A DNA stretch of 64,000 bases from Candidatus Zixiibacteriota bacterium (GCA_024280215.1 JAJRQO010000012.1:50553-114552), one strand, 5' to 3'. Shown: positions 9,543 to 20,228, counted from the first letter of the stretch. The notes: generated from the letters alone by a model not told the origin. Numbers and translations are program-made.

Positions 9543-11894
9543 ATGACTAAAACAATATGGTATTATGTTTTTATTACAATCCTTCTTTTTTCAAATGCTT
9601 ATATAGATGCTGCCGTTTTAAAAGGTACTGTATATAATGTAAAAACAAGTTTACCTATTCCATTTGCGACAATTTCTATTTCAGAAAATTCTCAGACAGT
9701 CATGACCAATGAAGATGGTTCATTTGTCCTGCATCTTGACAATGGAACCTACAACCTGACTTGTTCCCATATCGCATATTATTCTGACAAACAGCTCATC
9801 GAACTGACAACAGATACTCTCGAAATCAAAATGCAACTCAATCCTTCATTAATAGAACTTCCATCAATCTCGGTCTACGACCGAAATTATGATGCGGCAC
9901 AGGCGATTATCATTGAAGCAATCCGTCATAAAGATAAGATATTGAAGAAACTAAACAGTTACCAGTTTGATGCCTACACCAAGATGACTATCTGGAACGC
10001 CTCAAACCTGGATTCATTGACACCTTGGTTTATAGCTGAAACTCAATTAACTGCTTATTGGAAATACCCGTCGGAATACAAAGAAATAATTACCGCCCGT
10101 AAACAATCTGCCAACATGGAAGCAGAAAATAATCTTATGTCAATCGGTGAAGTACTGAATTTTAATAATAACCGCGTAGACATCGGTACAAGCTCTTTAG
10201 TTTCACCGACTGCCAAAGATGCTCTTAAATATTATAATTATTATCTCCTCGATACACTCTATTACGATTCATTAGCGGTTTACCTTTTGGAAGTAGAGCC
10301 AAAAAATAACAATAATCCACTTTTTATCGGCAAATTACAGATAAATGCCAACACTTATGAGATTATGGGTGTTGATTTCACTATCAATGAGGGACTTGAT
10401 GCTCCTGCTCTTAAAAAACTTCAAGTTAGACAGGAATACCGATTTTTTGATAAAAGATACTGGATGCCAACAATAATACAGTATGACGGTATTTTTGATA
10501 TACCTTTCCCCTTAGTTCCAACAATTATGTTTTCCTACACAGCAGCATTACAACGGTATCAATTTGAAAAAGAGTACAGCGATACGATTTTTGAATATGT
10601 CTTAGAAGTTGATGAAAACGCCGATGATTATGATTCTGCTCATTGGCAGACAAACAAATTTCTCCCACTAACTATTGAAGAAGAAAAAGCGTATGAACAT
10701 ATTGATTCTGTCAAGAACAATAGACCTTTTTTAGAAAAGATACTCCCAATAGTTCCAGCGGTTCTTTATGGTGTAACCAGTCAACCTGATTATTTCCATT
10801 TTAACCGAGTGGAGGGTGCTTACCTTGGTATGAAAAAGAGATTTTCATTTGATAGTGAGAAAATAAAAGTTTTTGGAAAAGTAGGTTATGCCTTTGATGC
10901 AAAACTCTGGCAACAAAAATACTCTCTTAATTATACTTTAACAAAAAAACATAATTTTTCAATAGGAGCATCGTATCATAATAATATCCAAACAAGAAAG
11001 ACCCTAAATTCGTCACGATACGGCAATGCTACCGGACTTTCATTATTGTTTAAACATGACCCTTATGATTACTTTCGTGAAGAAGGTTTCAAGTTAAGCT
11101 CATCATTTTCACCGCTTAAGCAAACCTCTTTATCAGTTTCATACAATAATTCCAATCAGTATACTATGACAAAGAATACAAACTATTCCCTATTTTACAA
11201 AGATAGAACATACAGAGTAAACCTGCCGATTATAAACGGTAAACTCCGTTCGGTAAAACTTAATTTTACATTTGAAACGTCACAACTTATAAAAATCAAA
11301 GGAAAAAAATATTCCTTCTCAACATATCCTTATACATTAATACGATTTGGTGCAGAAGCTTCCGACCGTTCAGTATTAAAATCTGATTTTGATTTCAAAA
11401 CAATATATGGACAATATTATACCGCTCGTCAATTTTTTGGTTTAGGAACATTCTCTCTTGGTATTTACGGTACAACTAAACTTTCCGGGAATTTACCACC
11501 GCAAAGATATACTGTTATGGACTTTGGCGGAAATATACTTGATGCTGAGATGACTTATCGTACATTGCATTTAACAAATTTTTCAGGAGATAACCTGCTT
11601 TCAATCTATTACAGACACCGCTTCGGAACCAAACTATTTAAAAGATCAGGACTCCCAATAATTAAAAAGATACCGTACAGTTTATCTATTCACGGAGGTG
11701 CTTTCTGGTCGGAGATAAAAGATAATGCTTATAATGTAGGTCATGAGTTAATTTCTCAAACGAACAACAATCCATATAGTGAATTAGGCTTTTCAATCGG
11801 ACGACTTCCTCTTATGGCAAAATTATCATTCACTTGGCAATTATCGACGTATGATACCGATAAATTTTATTTTGGATTTGATATCGGATTCTAA
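9543..11894 (+). CDS. Secreted/outer-membrane protein with an N-terminal CarboxypepD_reg-like domain (DUF5686-like architecture)
   Basis: Signal peptide, then GTVYNVKTSLPIPFATISISEN..TNEDGSFVL..GTYNL, the carboxypeptidase-regulatory-like fold signature. A long beta-rich C-terminal part ends in an aromatic residue (GF). Confidence 0.7.
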   Translation: MTKTIWYYVFITILLFSNAYIDAAVLKGTVYNVKTSLPIPFATISISENSQTVMTNEDGSFVLHLDNGTYNLTCSHIAYYSDKQLIELTTDTLEIKMQLNPSLIELPSISVYDRNYDAAQAIIIEAIRHKDKILKKLNSYQFDAYTKMTIWNASNLDSLTPWFIAETQLTAYWKYPSEYKEIITARKQSANMEAENNLMSIGEVLNFNNNRVDIGTSSLVSPTAKDALKYYNYYLLDTLYYDSLAVYLLEVEPKNNNNPLFIGKLQINANTYEIMGVDFTINEGLDAPALKKLQVRQEYRFFDKRYWMPTIIQYDGIFDIPFPLVPTIMFSYTAALQRYQFEKEYSDTIFEYVLEVDENADDYDSAHWQTNKFLPLTIEEEKAYEHIDSVKNNRPFLEKILPIVPAVLYGVTSQPDYFHFNRVEGAYLGMKKRFSFDSEKIKVFGKVGYAFDAKLWQQKYSLNYTLTKKHNFSIGASYHNNIQTRKTLNSSRYGNATGLSLLFKHDPYDYFREEGFKLSSSFSPLKQTSLSVSYNNSNQYTMTKNTNYSLFYKDRTYRVNLPIINGKLRSVKLNFTFETSQLIKIKGKKYSFSTYPYTLIRFGAEASDRSVLKSDFDFKTIYGQYYTARQFFGLGTFSLGIYGTTKLSGNLPPQRYTVMDFGGNILDAEMTYRTLHLTNFSGDNLLSIYYRHRFGTKLFKRSGLPIIKKIPYSLSIHGGAFWSEIKDNAYNVGHELISQTNNNPYSELGFSIGRLPLMAKLSFTWQLSTYDTDKFYFGFDIGF

Positions 11895-11935
11895 ATTAAA
11901 AGGAACGATTTGTATATTCGTCTGTTATAGACGAT

Positions 11936-12634
11936 ATGCCAAAACAGAGAAACCTATCTATATCAATTATTATACCGACCCTTAATGAACAAGAAAACAT
12001 AGAGTGCTTACTTGTACATATTAAAAAGCACTATCGTGATTGCGAGGTCATTATCTCCGATGGTGGTAGTTCTGACAATACAGTTGCAATTGCCCAAAAA
12101 TACGCTACTGTTGTACATTCCCCAAAAGGTCGGGGAATCCAACTTAATACGGGAGCCTCTTATGCAACGGGCGACTTACTTTGGTTTTTACATGCCGATA
12201 CAATCCCCCATGTTGATTCTGTGAACCTGATACATCAAACTCTACAAGAAAGTTCTATAGTAGGTGGAGGTTTTGAATACAATTTTGATTCAACAAGCAA
12301 ACGACTACAATTTATAAGTTGGTTTTCAAATAGAAAAAACAAATCTCTTAATCGTATCTATGGTGACATGGGAATCTTTGTACGAAAAGAAATTTTTAAT
12401 CAGATAGGTCGGTTTCCTGAGTCGCATCTTATGGAAGATTTTGAGTTCTCTCGTCGTTTAAGAAAAATTGGTAAGGTCAGAATCCTCCCCCAACAAATTC
12501 AGACATCTCCACGAGACTGGTACAAAGAAGGATTTTTGAAAAAAGTTTCCAAAGATACATTTATCCGCATGGCATATTGTATGCATGTTGACAACCAAAC
12601 ATTATATAACTGGTACTACGGAGTAAAATCATGA
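11936..12634 (+). CDS. Family 2 glycosyltransferase (resembles the TIGR04283 subgroup)
   Basis: SIIIPTLNE...ISDGGSSDNT...GRGIQLNTGA..ATGDLLWFLHADT is the classic GT2 DxD-type core. Confidence 0.85.
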   Translation: MPKQRNLSISIIIPTLNEQENIECLLVHIKKHYRDCEVIISDGGSSDNTVAIAQKYATVVHSPKGRGIQLNTGASYATGDLLWFLHADTIPHVDSVNLIHQTLQESSIVGGGFEYNFDSTSKRLQFISWFSNRKNKSLNRIYGDMGIFVRKEIFNQIGRFPESHLMEDFEFSRRLRKIGKVRILPQQIQTSPRDWYKEGFLKKVSKDTFIRMAYCMHVDNQTLYNWYYGVKS

Positions 12635-13407
12635 AAGAAACAATTGTTTCAATTATTTTTGTAATTATGTTTTCTACTAATTCTTTTGCCTTTGACCACA
12701 CTTACACAAATTACAGAACCCTTCTTGCTGAGACAGTCGATAACGGACTTGTTGATTATAAAAAGATGAAAAACGACCCGCATCTTTTGCAAAATGCTTT
12801 ATCTGATTTTTCTGATGTTACCACACAGGAATACGCATCTTTCTCTCGTTCAGAAAAAATTGCCTATATGATAAACGCATATAATATGTATACTTTAGAG
12901 GGAATTACAAATGCCTACCCTGTCAAAAGCATTAAAAAAATCCGAGGTTTTTGGAACAAAGCCAAACATAAAATCGCTGGCGAGATGATGACTTTGGACA
13001 ATATTGAGCATGATAACCTGCGGAAAAAATTCAAAGAAGAACGAGTTCATGTCACCGTTGTCTGTGCTTCTGTTTCCTGTCCTGAATTGTGGAATAAACC
13101 ATTTACACCTGATTCACTGGAACAACAACTAACTGCCCGATCAGAAAGTTTTGCGACTGACACCACTCGCAACCAAATCAATTTTGAAAAAGAAGAGCTG
13201 AAACTTTCAAAAATCCTTGATTGGTACGGAAAAGATTTTAAAGAAAAATATAGTTCCGATGCAATCTTCCCCTATTTATATGGTGAAAAACGAGCTGTCG
13301 CAAATTTTATATATCAACATCTACCCAAAGAGATGCAGACAAAACTGCAACACGGCAAATTCAAAGTCGGCTATCTCTCGTATGATTGGGGTTTAAACGA
13401 ACAATAG
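12631..13407 (+). CDS. DUF547 domain protein (secreted)
   Basis: 4-nt overlap with the GT2 gene. It has a signal peptide and the AYMINAYN...VHVTVVCASVSCPEL pattern I associate with DUF547. Confidence 0.7.
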   Translation: MKETIVSIIFVIMFSTNSFAFDHTYTNYRTLLAETVDNGLVDYKKMKNDPHLLQNALSDFSDVTTQEYASFSRSEKIAYMINAYNMYTLEGITNAYPVKSIKKIRGFWNKAKHKIAGEMMTLDNIEHDNLRKKFKEERVHVTVVCASVSCPELWNKPFTPDSLEQQLTARSESFATDTTRNQINFEKEELKLSKILDWYGKDFKEKYSSDAIFPYLYGEKRAVANFIYQHLPKEMQTKLQHGKFKVGYLSYDWGLNEQ

Positions 13408-13494
13408 GTTATGACTAAGATATATCCTGTTACTTGCATAATTGTTCTCTTCATAATATAATGTGTTCTCAGATGAACTTTATAAAAGTTAAAA

Positions 13495-14910
13495 ATGATG
13501 GACATAACAAGAACACTCGATAAAACAAAAATACCGCATATTCTCTGGTTGATAGTAATCATACTTGCCATTCCAGCGATATTTTTGGTATCCACAGGAA
13601 GAATTAATATTCTCGTTATCTATATTGGTGGACTATTTGTTAGTTCAATTGCCTTATTCCCAAGGGCGAGTTTTTATCTCTTTCTCTTATCAATCTCAAT
13701 TTACTATCCGACTTTCATTGGACGGTTTGCTCTGCACCCATATGATATTTGCTTTGCAGTTTTTGTCGCTGCTGTTATTTTAGACCATCTCCTGCATTGC
13801 CATACCTACGCAACCAAGACCAAACTTGATTTACCATTTATAGTTCTTATTGTTGCAACAATTATATCGGCAGTTTTTGCCTATAATAAATCCTACTCGA
13901 TTGTCCCGACTTTTCGCATCGTCACCATCTATATCGCTTACAAAGCGATGACTATATATATTCCAAGATTTAATTTTCGAAAAATAATCCTTTTCTATAT
14001 CTACCATGTTTTTGCACTGTCGGTTTTAAACTGTATTCTATTTCTGATTGCTGGAGGAAAAGCACGAATCTTCGGTCCCGCATGGCTCGCCTTTGAACCG
14101 TATGCAATGACAGCAATCCCAATGACATTTGCATTTTTTATCTGGGCAGAAACAACAAATGAAAAATTAAAATACGCCCTCATCACAACCACAATTTTGA
14201 TAGCACTCCTTGCAACTCAATCAAGAGCTCCGATGCTTGCGGTAGTAATCGCAACGCCTCTGCTTTTATATTTTGCTTACAAAAAAATGGGCGGTACAAA
14301 AAAAGTACAGTACAGAAAACAACTTTCTAAATTACTAATCTCCCTCTCACTTGTTGTTGTCGTTGGCTTTATTTTCAAAGATACACTTTTCAAAGACTCC
14401 TTCGGACGATTCGAAATGTTTTTTGACGCCTTAAGCAATCCCAAAGGAACGGTCTATCTCCGTATTGTTTTGTGGACAGCAGCGATTAAAGCATTCATCG
14501 GTAACCCATTGGTGGGGATTGGAATTGGTAATTTTAAAATTATAGATCAAATCTATCCTGAATTACGATTCATCCCTGTTTGGTATTATATAGGTGGTAT
14601 GTCAACCCACAACGTCATACTAAACTACTTGGCAGAAACTGGTATTTTTGGCACTCTCAGTTTAATAGCAATAACCGTTATAAATCTTAAAACTGCTTTT
14701 CATTCATTTAAAATGAAACTATCCTCTGAAGAGAACCAAATTACTGGTGCAATTTTCATTGCCATCATTGTCTTCTCGATAACCATTCTCTACATGCGGG
14801 CATGGACATGGGGGCAAGATGGGTACATTATGGCCTTTTTATTTGCTATCAATATGGCTTGGAATCAAAAATTAATGAATAAGCTCAATAATCCTTTAGA
14901 AACTCTTTAA
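13495..14910 (+). CDS. O-antigen ligase/polymerase-like (Wzy_C-type) polytopic membrane protein
   Basis: 471 aa with at least 10 TM helices. A LATQSRAPMLAV segment precedes a large periplasmic loop, as in the WaaL/Wzy family. Confidence 0.7.
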   Translation: MMDITRTLDKTKIPHILWLIVIILAIPAIFLVSTGRINILVIYIGGLFVSSIALFPRASFYLFLLSISIYYPTFIGRFALHPYDICFAVFVAAVILDHLLHCHTYATKTKLDLPFIVLIVATIISAVFAYNKSYSIVPTFRIVTIYIAYKAMTIYIPRFNFRKIILFYIYHVFALSVLNCILFLIAGGKARIFGPAWLAFEPYAMTAIPMTFAFFIWAETTNEKLKYALITTTILIALLATQSRAPMLAVVIATPLLLYFAYKKMGGTKKVQYRKQLSKLLISLSLVVVVGFIFKDTLFKDSFGRFEMFFDALSNPKGTVYLRIVLWTAAIKAFIGNPLVGIGIGNFKIIDQIYPELRFIPVWYYIGGMSTHNVILNYLAETGIFGTLSLIAITVINLKTAFHSFKMKLSSEENQITGAIFIAIIVFSITILYMRAWTWGQDGYIMAFLFAINMAWNQKLMNKLNNPLETL

Positions 14911-15054
14911 CAATCACAATTACTGTTCAAAATTTGCTCAGCATTTTGCAAAACCTTACTCAATTTCATCAGATATAATCCCGATAGTTTTAATAATGAT
15001 TGATACTTCCACCGAGTATTAGAAATTATTATAATTATTAAATCGAGGAAACTT

Positions 15055-15465
15055 ATGTTAAAAACAAAAAGCATATTAAGCTTTTACCTTGTCGTTGCTC
15101 TTTTGGCAATTGGTTGTTCAAGTTCTACTCCACCATCAGCACCGCTTGCAAATTTCTCCCCAGAAATTGTCAATAATATTGATGCATTTTCATTTCAAAT
15201 CACTAACGGTGAAAATATTACAACAACTGTTGAATACAATTGGGAAAACACCGGAACTCAAGCAACAATCAATCATTCAACAACTACCTCAGCAGGTACA
15301 GCGACAATAACAGTATTTGCTGCTGACTCATCACAAGTATACACCAACGGTTTAGTCGCATCTGCCAACGAACCAACCACAGTCGGTACCGCAGGTAGTT
15401 GGAAAATTCGGGTTGTCTTTACAAATTACAGCGGAACATCAAACTTCAGTCTGCAAAAATTATAA
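15055..15465 (+). CDS. Small lipoprotein, function unknown
   Basis: GAGGAA SD, lipobox LLAIGC, and a Thr/Ser-rich beta-type sequence. Confidence 0.6.
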   Translation: MLKTKSILSFYLVVALLAIGCSSSTPPSAPLANFSPEIVNNIDAFSFQITNGENITTTVEYNWENTGTQATINHSTTTSAGTATITVFAADSSQVYTNGLVASANEPTTVGTAGSWKIRVVFTNYSGTSNFSLQKL

Positions 15466-15491
15466 GTATCTTTTATTTTCTCGGATTTTTA

Positions 15492-15521
15492 AAGCTGTCA
15501 GAAACCTGACAGCTTTTTTTA
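15492..15521 (+). terminator. Intrinsic terminator
   Basis: AGCTGTCAG-aaac-CTGACAGCT followed by T7. Confidence 0.75.
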
Positions 15522-15609
15522 TTTATATGTAACCAATCTACTTCTTGACCATTCTACAATAATATTCTATCATGTACGTATTAAATCTATTATCTACTAA
15601 GGAGTAGTT

Positions 15610-16623
15610 ATGAGCAAAGTACATGCATACGCGGCACAATCTGCTGGAGCAGAATTAGAAAAATTTGAATATGAACTGGGCGAAATTCAACCTGAAGATG
15701 TTGAGATCAAAGTTGAGTTCTGCGGTATTTGTCATTCCGATATTTCGATGCTTGACAACGAATGGGGCATGTCGGCATATCCATTAGTAGCAGGTCATGA
15801 AGTAGCAGGCGAAATTGTTGCCTTAGGTGATAAAGTCACCCACTTAAAAGTCGGACAAAAAATTGGACTTGGGTGGTACTCAAAAAGTTGTATGGTTTGT
15901 GAGTCATGTATGGACGGTGACCATAATTTATGTCTCAATAATGAGTCGACAATTGCGGGGCGTCATGGTGGCTTCGCTGACAGAGTTCGCTGTCATTCCA
16001 GTTGGGCGATTCCTATACCTGATGCATTACCGCTTGAAAAAACAGGACCACTCTTTTGCGGTGGTATAACGGTCTTTAATCCAATTGTACAATACGATGT
16101 TAAACCAACCGACCGAGTCGGCGTTGTAGGTATCGGTGGGCTTGGACATATGGCAATACAATTTCTCAACAAATGGGGATGCCATGTCACTGCCTTTACA
16201 TCATCAGAAAACAAAGCCGACGAAGCACGTACAATGGGGGCACACGCTGTTGTCAATTCACGCGATAAAAATGACCTTGAAAAAATCGCAAACTCTCTCG
16301 ACTTTTTACTCGTGACTGTCAATGTACCACTTGAATGGGCTCTCTATATCAATGCTCTCAAAGCTAAAGGGCGTCTTCATTTTGTCGGAGCGGTGTTAGA
16401 ACCAATTCCTGTTGGAGCGTTTCCATTGATTATGAGACAACGTTCTATCTCTGGAACGCCTCTTGGTTCGCCTGAGACAACCAAAAAGATGCTTGAGTTT
16501 TGTGTACATCATGATATTGTCCCTCAAACAGAACTTTTTCCGATGTCAAAAGTAAACGATGCTATCAAACATCTCAATGCGGGTAAAGCACGCTATCGAA
16601 TTATTTTACAAAATGATTTTTAA
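15610..16623 (+). CDS. Zn-dependent NAD(P) alcohol dehydrogenase (YahK/cinnamyl-alcohol-dehydrogenase-like MDR)
   Basis: GICHSD, GHEVAG, the structural-Zn Cys cluster CMVCESCMDGDHNLC, and GIGGLGH Rossmann motifs. It has an AAGGAG SD. Confidence 0.9.
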   Translation: MSKVHAYAAQSAGAELEKFEYELGEIQPEDVEIKVEFCGICHSDISMLDNEWGMSAYPLVAGHEVAGEIVALGDKVTHLKVGQKIGLGWYSKSCMVCESCMDGDHNLCLNNESTIAGRHGGFADRVRCHSSWAIPIPDALPLEKTGPLFCGGITVFNPIVQYDVKPTDRVGVVGIGGLGHMAIQFLNKWGCHVTAFTSSENKADEARTMGAHAVVNSRDKNDLEKIANSLDFLLVTVNVPLEWALYINALKAKGRLHFVGAVLEPIPVGAFPLIMRQRSISGTPLGSPETTKKMLEFCVHHDIVPQTELFPMSKVNDAIKHLNAGKARYRIILQNDF

Positions 16624-16647
16624 TATTAAATTGTAATAGAATATAAT

Positions 16648-16682
16648 AAACCTCGCTCAGAATTATCTGGACGAGGTTTTTT
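16648..16682 (+). terminator. Intrinsic terminator
   Basis: AAACCTCG-loop-CGAGGTTT followed by a T-run. Confidence 0.7.
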
Positions 16683-16739
16683 ATATGAAATCATTATAAG
16701 AGTTTTACCCTTCCCTCATAATTTAATTATTGTGCGTAA

Positions 16740-16973
16740 TTAAATTTCCCAAAACAGAATTTCAATATCTTCCAATGATTCAACAATCATCGGTTTTATT
16801 TCATTTGTTTGAAATGGTAATTGTAACTCTTTTTTACCGGCTACTAACAGAATTAAAACAATGACAAACAGAAGCGAGGAACTACATTTGAAGACCTGTA
16901 TTAAATGGTGAATGATTTTGAAAGCGAAATATAATCCTAAAAGAATCAAAATTGCTACAAAAAATTCCATCAT
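16740..16973 (-). CDS. Small two-TM membrane protein, function unknown
   Basis: 77 aa with an AAGGAG SD upstream of the ATGATG start and two hydrophobic helices. Confidence 0.55.
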   Translation of the reverse strand: MMEFFVAILILLGLYFAFKIIHHLIQVFKCSSSLLFVIVLILLVAGKKELQLPFQTNEIKPMIVESLEDIEILFWEI

Positions 16974-17181
16974 ATAATTACTCCTTACATCGATTAAGTT
17001 TTTTAGTACCTTACAATAACTTCATATTCTCCTATTTATTGGTATATATAATATGTCTATATTGTCGACAGTCACACACGAAACTTAATACTTCACACTC
17101 AATAACAGACAATGTTGTCGTTTTATTGTATTTTATTAAAAACTTACTTGAACTTTTTAGATTTAACTCTATTATACATAT

Positions 17182-17931
17182 ATGACTGATTTACAAACTG
17201 CTTTAGCATCGGGAAATCTCGTCGTCCTTCTCTGGACAGCGGGAACACTCGGCTTCATACATACAATTTTAGGACCAGACCATTATATTCCTTTTATAAT
17301 GATGTCCAAGGCTCAAAACTGGTCACGAAAAAAAACAGCTTTTATAACTTTTCTTTGTGGTTTAGGTCACGTTGGAAGTTCATTGATGATAGGAGCATTT
17401 CTTGCATGGCTCGGCATGGCTGCCTCAGATTGGGGTGATAGCCGTTTTGCATTCTGGCAGGATTTCCGTGGTTCTTTATCGGCTTGGTTGTTGATAGGTG
17501 TTGGGGTTGCTTTTACAATATGGGGAGTTAAAAATGCTCTACGTGGTAAAACTCACTCTCATGCACATCTGCATAATAACAAATCTGAACACACTCACGA
17601 GCATAACCACAAAACTGAACATATGCACGCACATACAAATTCTGTTTCAAAATTAACTCCCTGGATTTTGTTCACCATATTTATTTTTGGCCCATGCGAA
17701 TCTTTGATTCCTCTCATGCTATCATCTTGGTCTGTTGCGGGAATAACAGGGATTACAATGGTTTCATTGGTTTTTGGTGTTACTACAATTATTACAATAA
17801 TGGCAACGGTTGCGATTCTTATGGCTGGTATACAAAAGATTCCAATAGGTAAATTAGATCGCTGGTCAACCGCTCTTGCGGGAATTTCCTTGGTGGCATG
17901 TGGTGCCGCGATACAATTTTTAGGATTATAA
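17182..17931 (+). CDS. Metal (Ni/Co-type) transporter-like membrane protein with a His-rich loop (RcnA/NicO-like)
   Basis: Six TM helices. An HTILGPDH motif in TM1 resembles the HxxxPGH/HxxxxDH signatures of RcnA/NiCoT. The central loop is HSHAHLHNNKSEHTHEHNHKTEHMHAH. Confidence 0.55.
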   Translation: MTDLQTALASGNLVVLLWTAGTLGFIHTILGPDHYIPFIMMSKAQNWSRKKTAFITFLCGLGHVGSSLMIGAFLAWLGMAASDWGDSRFAFWQDFRGSLSAWLLIGVGVAFTIWGVKNALRGKTHSHAHLHNNKSEHTHEHNHKTEHMHAHTNSVSKLTPWILFTIFIFGPCESLIPLMLSSWSVAGITGITMVSLVFGVTTIITIMATVAILMAGIQKIPIGKLDRWSTALAGISLVACGAAIQFLGL

Positions 17932-17980
17932 AAAACTGACAGATGTGTTACACACCTGCCAGTTTATATCTATATAGAAA

Positions 17981-18002
17981 GTCACCCAGAGGGAGTCGAA
18001 GC
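17981..18002 (+). repeat. REP-like repeat, (T)GTCACC-headed GAGTCGAAG variant
   Basis: gtcacccagagggagtcgaagc. Related copies are at 20229, 20898 (reverse complement), 30457, 31375 (reverse complement) and 31432. Confidence 0.7.
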
Positions 18003-18005
18003 AAA

Positions 18006-18074
18006 GTAGGTTAGAAGCCCTGTGCTTCTGATCTTATTTATAGAAGAGTCAAGACCGCAGGGGTCTTGACCTAC
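18006..18074. repeat. Head-to-head pair of GTAGG-headed REP-like palindromes (REPIN-like doublet)
   Basis: GTAGGttagaagccctgtgcttctga ... gtcaagaccgcaggggtcttgaCCTAC. The left unit recurs at 29255 and the right unit at 53658. Confidence 0.75.
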
Positions 18075-18133
18075 AAAAATCTGATAGATTTCATCATCAG
18101 ATACTGACGAAACATAATTTGTTGGGCTAACTC

Positions 18134-18625
18134 TTATCTACCGTTCCGTTCATCTGAACTAAAAGCTTCTTTAAGCACTTCTTCAGATACCGACGGACCC
18201 TCTGCTTTACAATGCTCATCAAATGATGGAGTCAATTTTGCAGCAATCTGTTCGTAATCAAACCCTTCGATTTCATGGCGAGGGATAAAATGCACCAACT
18301 GTCCATCTTTGAGTACAGCAACCGATGGTGACGATGGTGGTACATCAGAAAAATATGTACGTGCATTTGCTGTTGCATCTTTATCAACACCCGCAAAAAC
18401 TGTAGCAATATTATCTGGAATAACTTTGTTCTGTAAAGCAAAGCCAACTCCAGGTCTTGCACCACCTGCGGCACACCCACAAACAGAGTTTACTAAAATC
18501 ATCGATGTACCAGGTTGTTTCATAAAAGCTTCAACATCTGATTCTGTTTTTAATGCTTTTACACCAATGTCGACTAATTCTTTTTCCATCCAGCCGACCA
18601 TCTGAGGATCATATTTTGACATCAT
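18134..18625 (-). CDS. brx: Bacilliredoxin (BrxA/BrxB, DUF1094 family) with a C-terminal extension
   Basis: VNSVCGCAAGGARPG is the family CGC active site. The surrounding sequence, IATVFAGVDKDAT...VAVLKDGQLVHFIPRHEIEG, is family-typical. Confidence 0.8.
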   Translation of the reverse strand: MMSKYDPQMVGWMEKELVDIGVKALKTESDVEAFMKQPGTSMILVNSVCGCAAGGARPGVGFALQNKVIPDNIATVFAGVDKDATANARTYFSDVPPSSPSVAVLKDGQLVHFIPRHEIEGFDYEQIAAKLTPSFDEHCKAEGPSVSEEVLKEAFSSDERNGR

Positions 18626-18897
18626 AATTCTTAATTCCTTTCAATTATTTCATCTTCTTAAAACTATAATACCACATAATACGCAATGGTTCCCGAAATC
18701 ATAAGAAAAAATAGATTATTTTCCTCTTTTTTACCTATTTTTGCTTGTCTTTACATTCATTACGTAATATATCTGTATAAGAATTCAATAAAAGGTCAAT
18801 TAACTCTATTTGTACACTTTTATTGGGAACAAACAAACTATATTAATGTTTGAAAATAGTAATAGAACAGAAATTATAAATTGAAAGGATTCACCCA

Positions 18898-19500
18898 ATG
18901 GCTTATTCATTACCAGAACTACCATATGCATACGATGCTTTGGAACCATACATCGACGCAAAAACGATGGAGATTCACCATACTAAACATCACAACGCCT
19001 ATATCACTAACGTCAATAATGCTTTGGCAGATCATCCTGATTTAGCAGCAAAACCTGGCGAAGAACTTATCACTGACTTAAATGCAGTCCCCGAATCTAT
19101 CCGTGGAGCTGTACAAAACAATGGTGGCGGATATGTCAACCATGCAATGTTTTGGGAAATCATGAAAAAGGATGTCCCATTTGCGGGTCCTATCGCCGAT
19201 GCAATCAACGCTGAACTTGGTGGATTTGACAAATTTAAAGATGCCTTCGCAAAAGCTGGTGCGACTCGTTTTGGTTCGGGTTGGGCATGGTTAGTTGTCA
19301 ATGGTGGCAAACTTGAAATCATGTCAACTGCCAACCAAGATTCTCCTCTATCTATTGGCAAAAAACCTGTGCTTGGTCTTGATGTCTGGGAACATGCCTA
19401 TTACTTGCATTATCAGAACCGTCGTCCTGATTATATCCAGGCATTTTTCAATGTTATCAACTGGGATAAAGTAAACGAGTTCTACCTCGCAACGAAGTAA
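18898..19500 (+). CDS. sod: Fe/Mn superoxide dismutase
   Basis: [31 protein letters not shown] ... DVWEHAYYL, the canonical metal ligands. Confidence 0.95.
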   Translation: MAYSLPELPYAYDALEPYIDAKTMEIHHTKHHNAYITNVNNALADHPDLAAKPGEELITDLNAVPESIRGAVQNNGGGYVNHAMFWEIMKKDVPFAGPIADAINAELGGFDKFKDAFAKAGATRFGSGWAWLVVNGGKLEIMSTANQDSPLSIGKKPVLGLDVWEHAYYLHYQNRRPDYIQAFFNVINWDKVNEFYLATK

Positions 19501-19508
19501 GTTGCTAA

Positions 19509-19537
19509 TGTCATTCCCAACTTGATTGGGAATCCAG
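19509..19537 (+). repeat. REP-like repeat, TGTCA-headed, CATTCCCAACTTGATTGGGAATCC variant
   Basis: Near-identical copies at 30797 and 49509 (decayed), and a reverse-oriented relative at 31928. Confidence 0.8.
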
Positions 19538-19545
19538 ATATACTT

Positions 19546-19583
19546 GTAGGGCAGGTCTCGCTTTCCGAGACCTGCCTTTTTTT
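19546..19583 (+). terminator. GTAGG-headed REP-like hairpin acting as the sod terminator
   Basis: GTAGGGCAGGTCTCG-ctttc-CGAGACCTGCC followed by T7. An almost identical copy is at 30497. Confidence 0.8.
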
Positions 19584-19584
19584 C

Positions 19585-19622
19585 TGTCATTGCGAGTTCG
19601 CCTTAGCGAACGTGGCAATCTC
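19585..19622 (+). repeat. REP-like repeat, TGTCATTGCGAG...GGCAATCTC variant with an inner GTTCGC/GCGAAC hairpin
   Basis: Read directly from the sequence. The nested palindrome has the same architecture as the copy at 48619. Confidence 0.7.
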
Positions 19623-19880
19623 ATGTTTTCAAAATGGGTTCAGTCGCATATATAACATCTTTTTTTAGTCGTTTTTTTATACTTTTATTTGCTGTAAATC
19701 ATTCGTTCGTAAGATATTATGGGAAAATGGCTTTGCCTTAAAAAATGGCTTAAAGCCATTTTTACTCATATTTTTTGTAGTAAATTTGTCCATGTAAAAA
19801 ACCTTCTCTCAATTCTTCTTTCATGTATGAGATTGATTTAATTATTTACACATGTTTTGTAGGAATAATAGTAAAGGAAT

Positions 19881-19906
19881 AAAAAAAACACTCCCTGCAG
19901 AGAGTG
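19881..19906 (-). terminator. Intrinsic terminator of the Cys-rich peptide gene
   Basis: The minus strand reads CACTCTC-tgca-GGGAGTG followed by T8. Confidence 0.8.
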
Positions 19907-19933
19907 CTTTCGATGTTATATTGGTAACTTTAA

Positions 19934-20149
19934 CTATGAGCAATTACCTGCAAGATCGCAACCATGTGTATAATCCCTTACACATATCCATTGACCTCCT
20001 CCAATATCCACTTTATGACCTCTTGCTCCTGGACATTCAAATGGCATAGGACAACATTCAACAGCATGAGCTTTTGAAGCTATACCAAAACTAAATGCCA
20101 TGGTAGCAAAAAATAGTAGAGCAAAAAAGATTGATGTTTTTTTCTTCAT
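19934..20149 (-). CDS. Small secreted cysteine-rich peptide (71-aa precursor; about 42-aa mature part with 6 Cys)
   Basis: Strong GGAGGTGA SD. Sec-type signal MKKKTSIFFALLFFATMAFSFGIASKAHA. The mature part is VECCPMPFECPGARGHKVDIGGGQWICVRDYTHGCDLAGNCS. The gene has its own terminator. Confidence 0.7.
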   Translation of the reverse strand: MKKKTSIFFALLFFATMAFSFGIASKAHAVECCPMPFECPGARGHKVDIGGGQWICVRDYTHGCDLAGNCS

Positions 20150-20228
20150 AATTCACCTCCTCTTGAAGCGTTTAAATTAACTTCCTATGTTAAAACACGC
20201 ACGTGATATTTTTCCGTTGTTTTTTCAA

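Noticed and set aside
19765-19827. 20-codon minus-strand ORF (MKEELREGFLHGQIYYKKYE) followed by the AATGGCT/AGCCATT hairpin
   Set aside because: It has no SD and no recognisable features. The hairpin may be a stand-alone bidirectional terminator, and there is not enough evidence for a gene.
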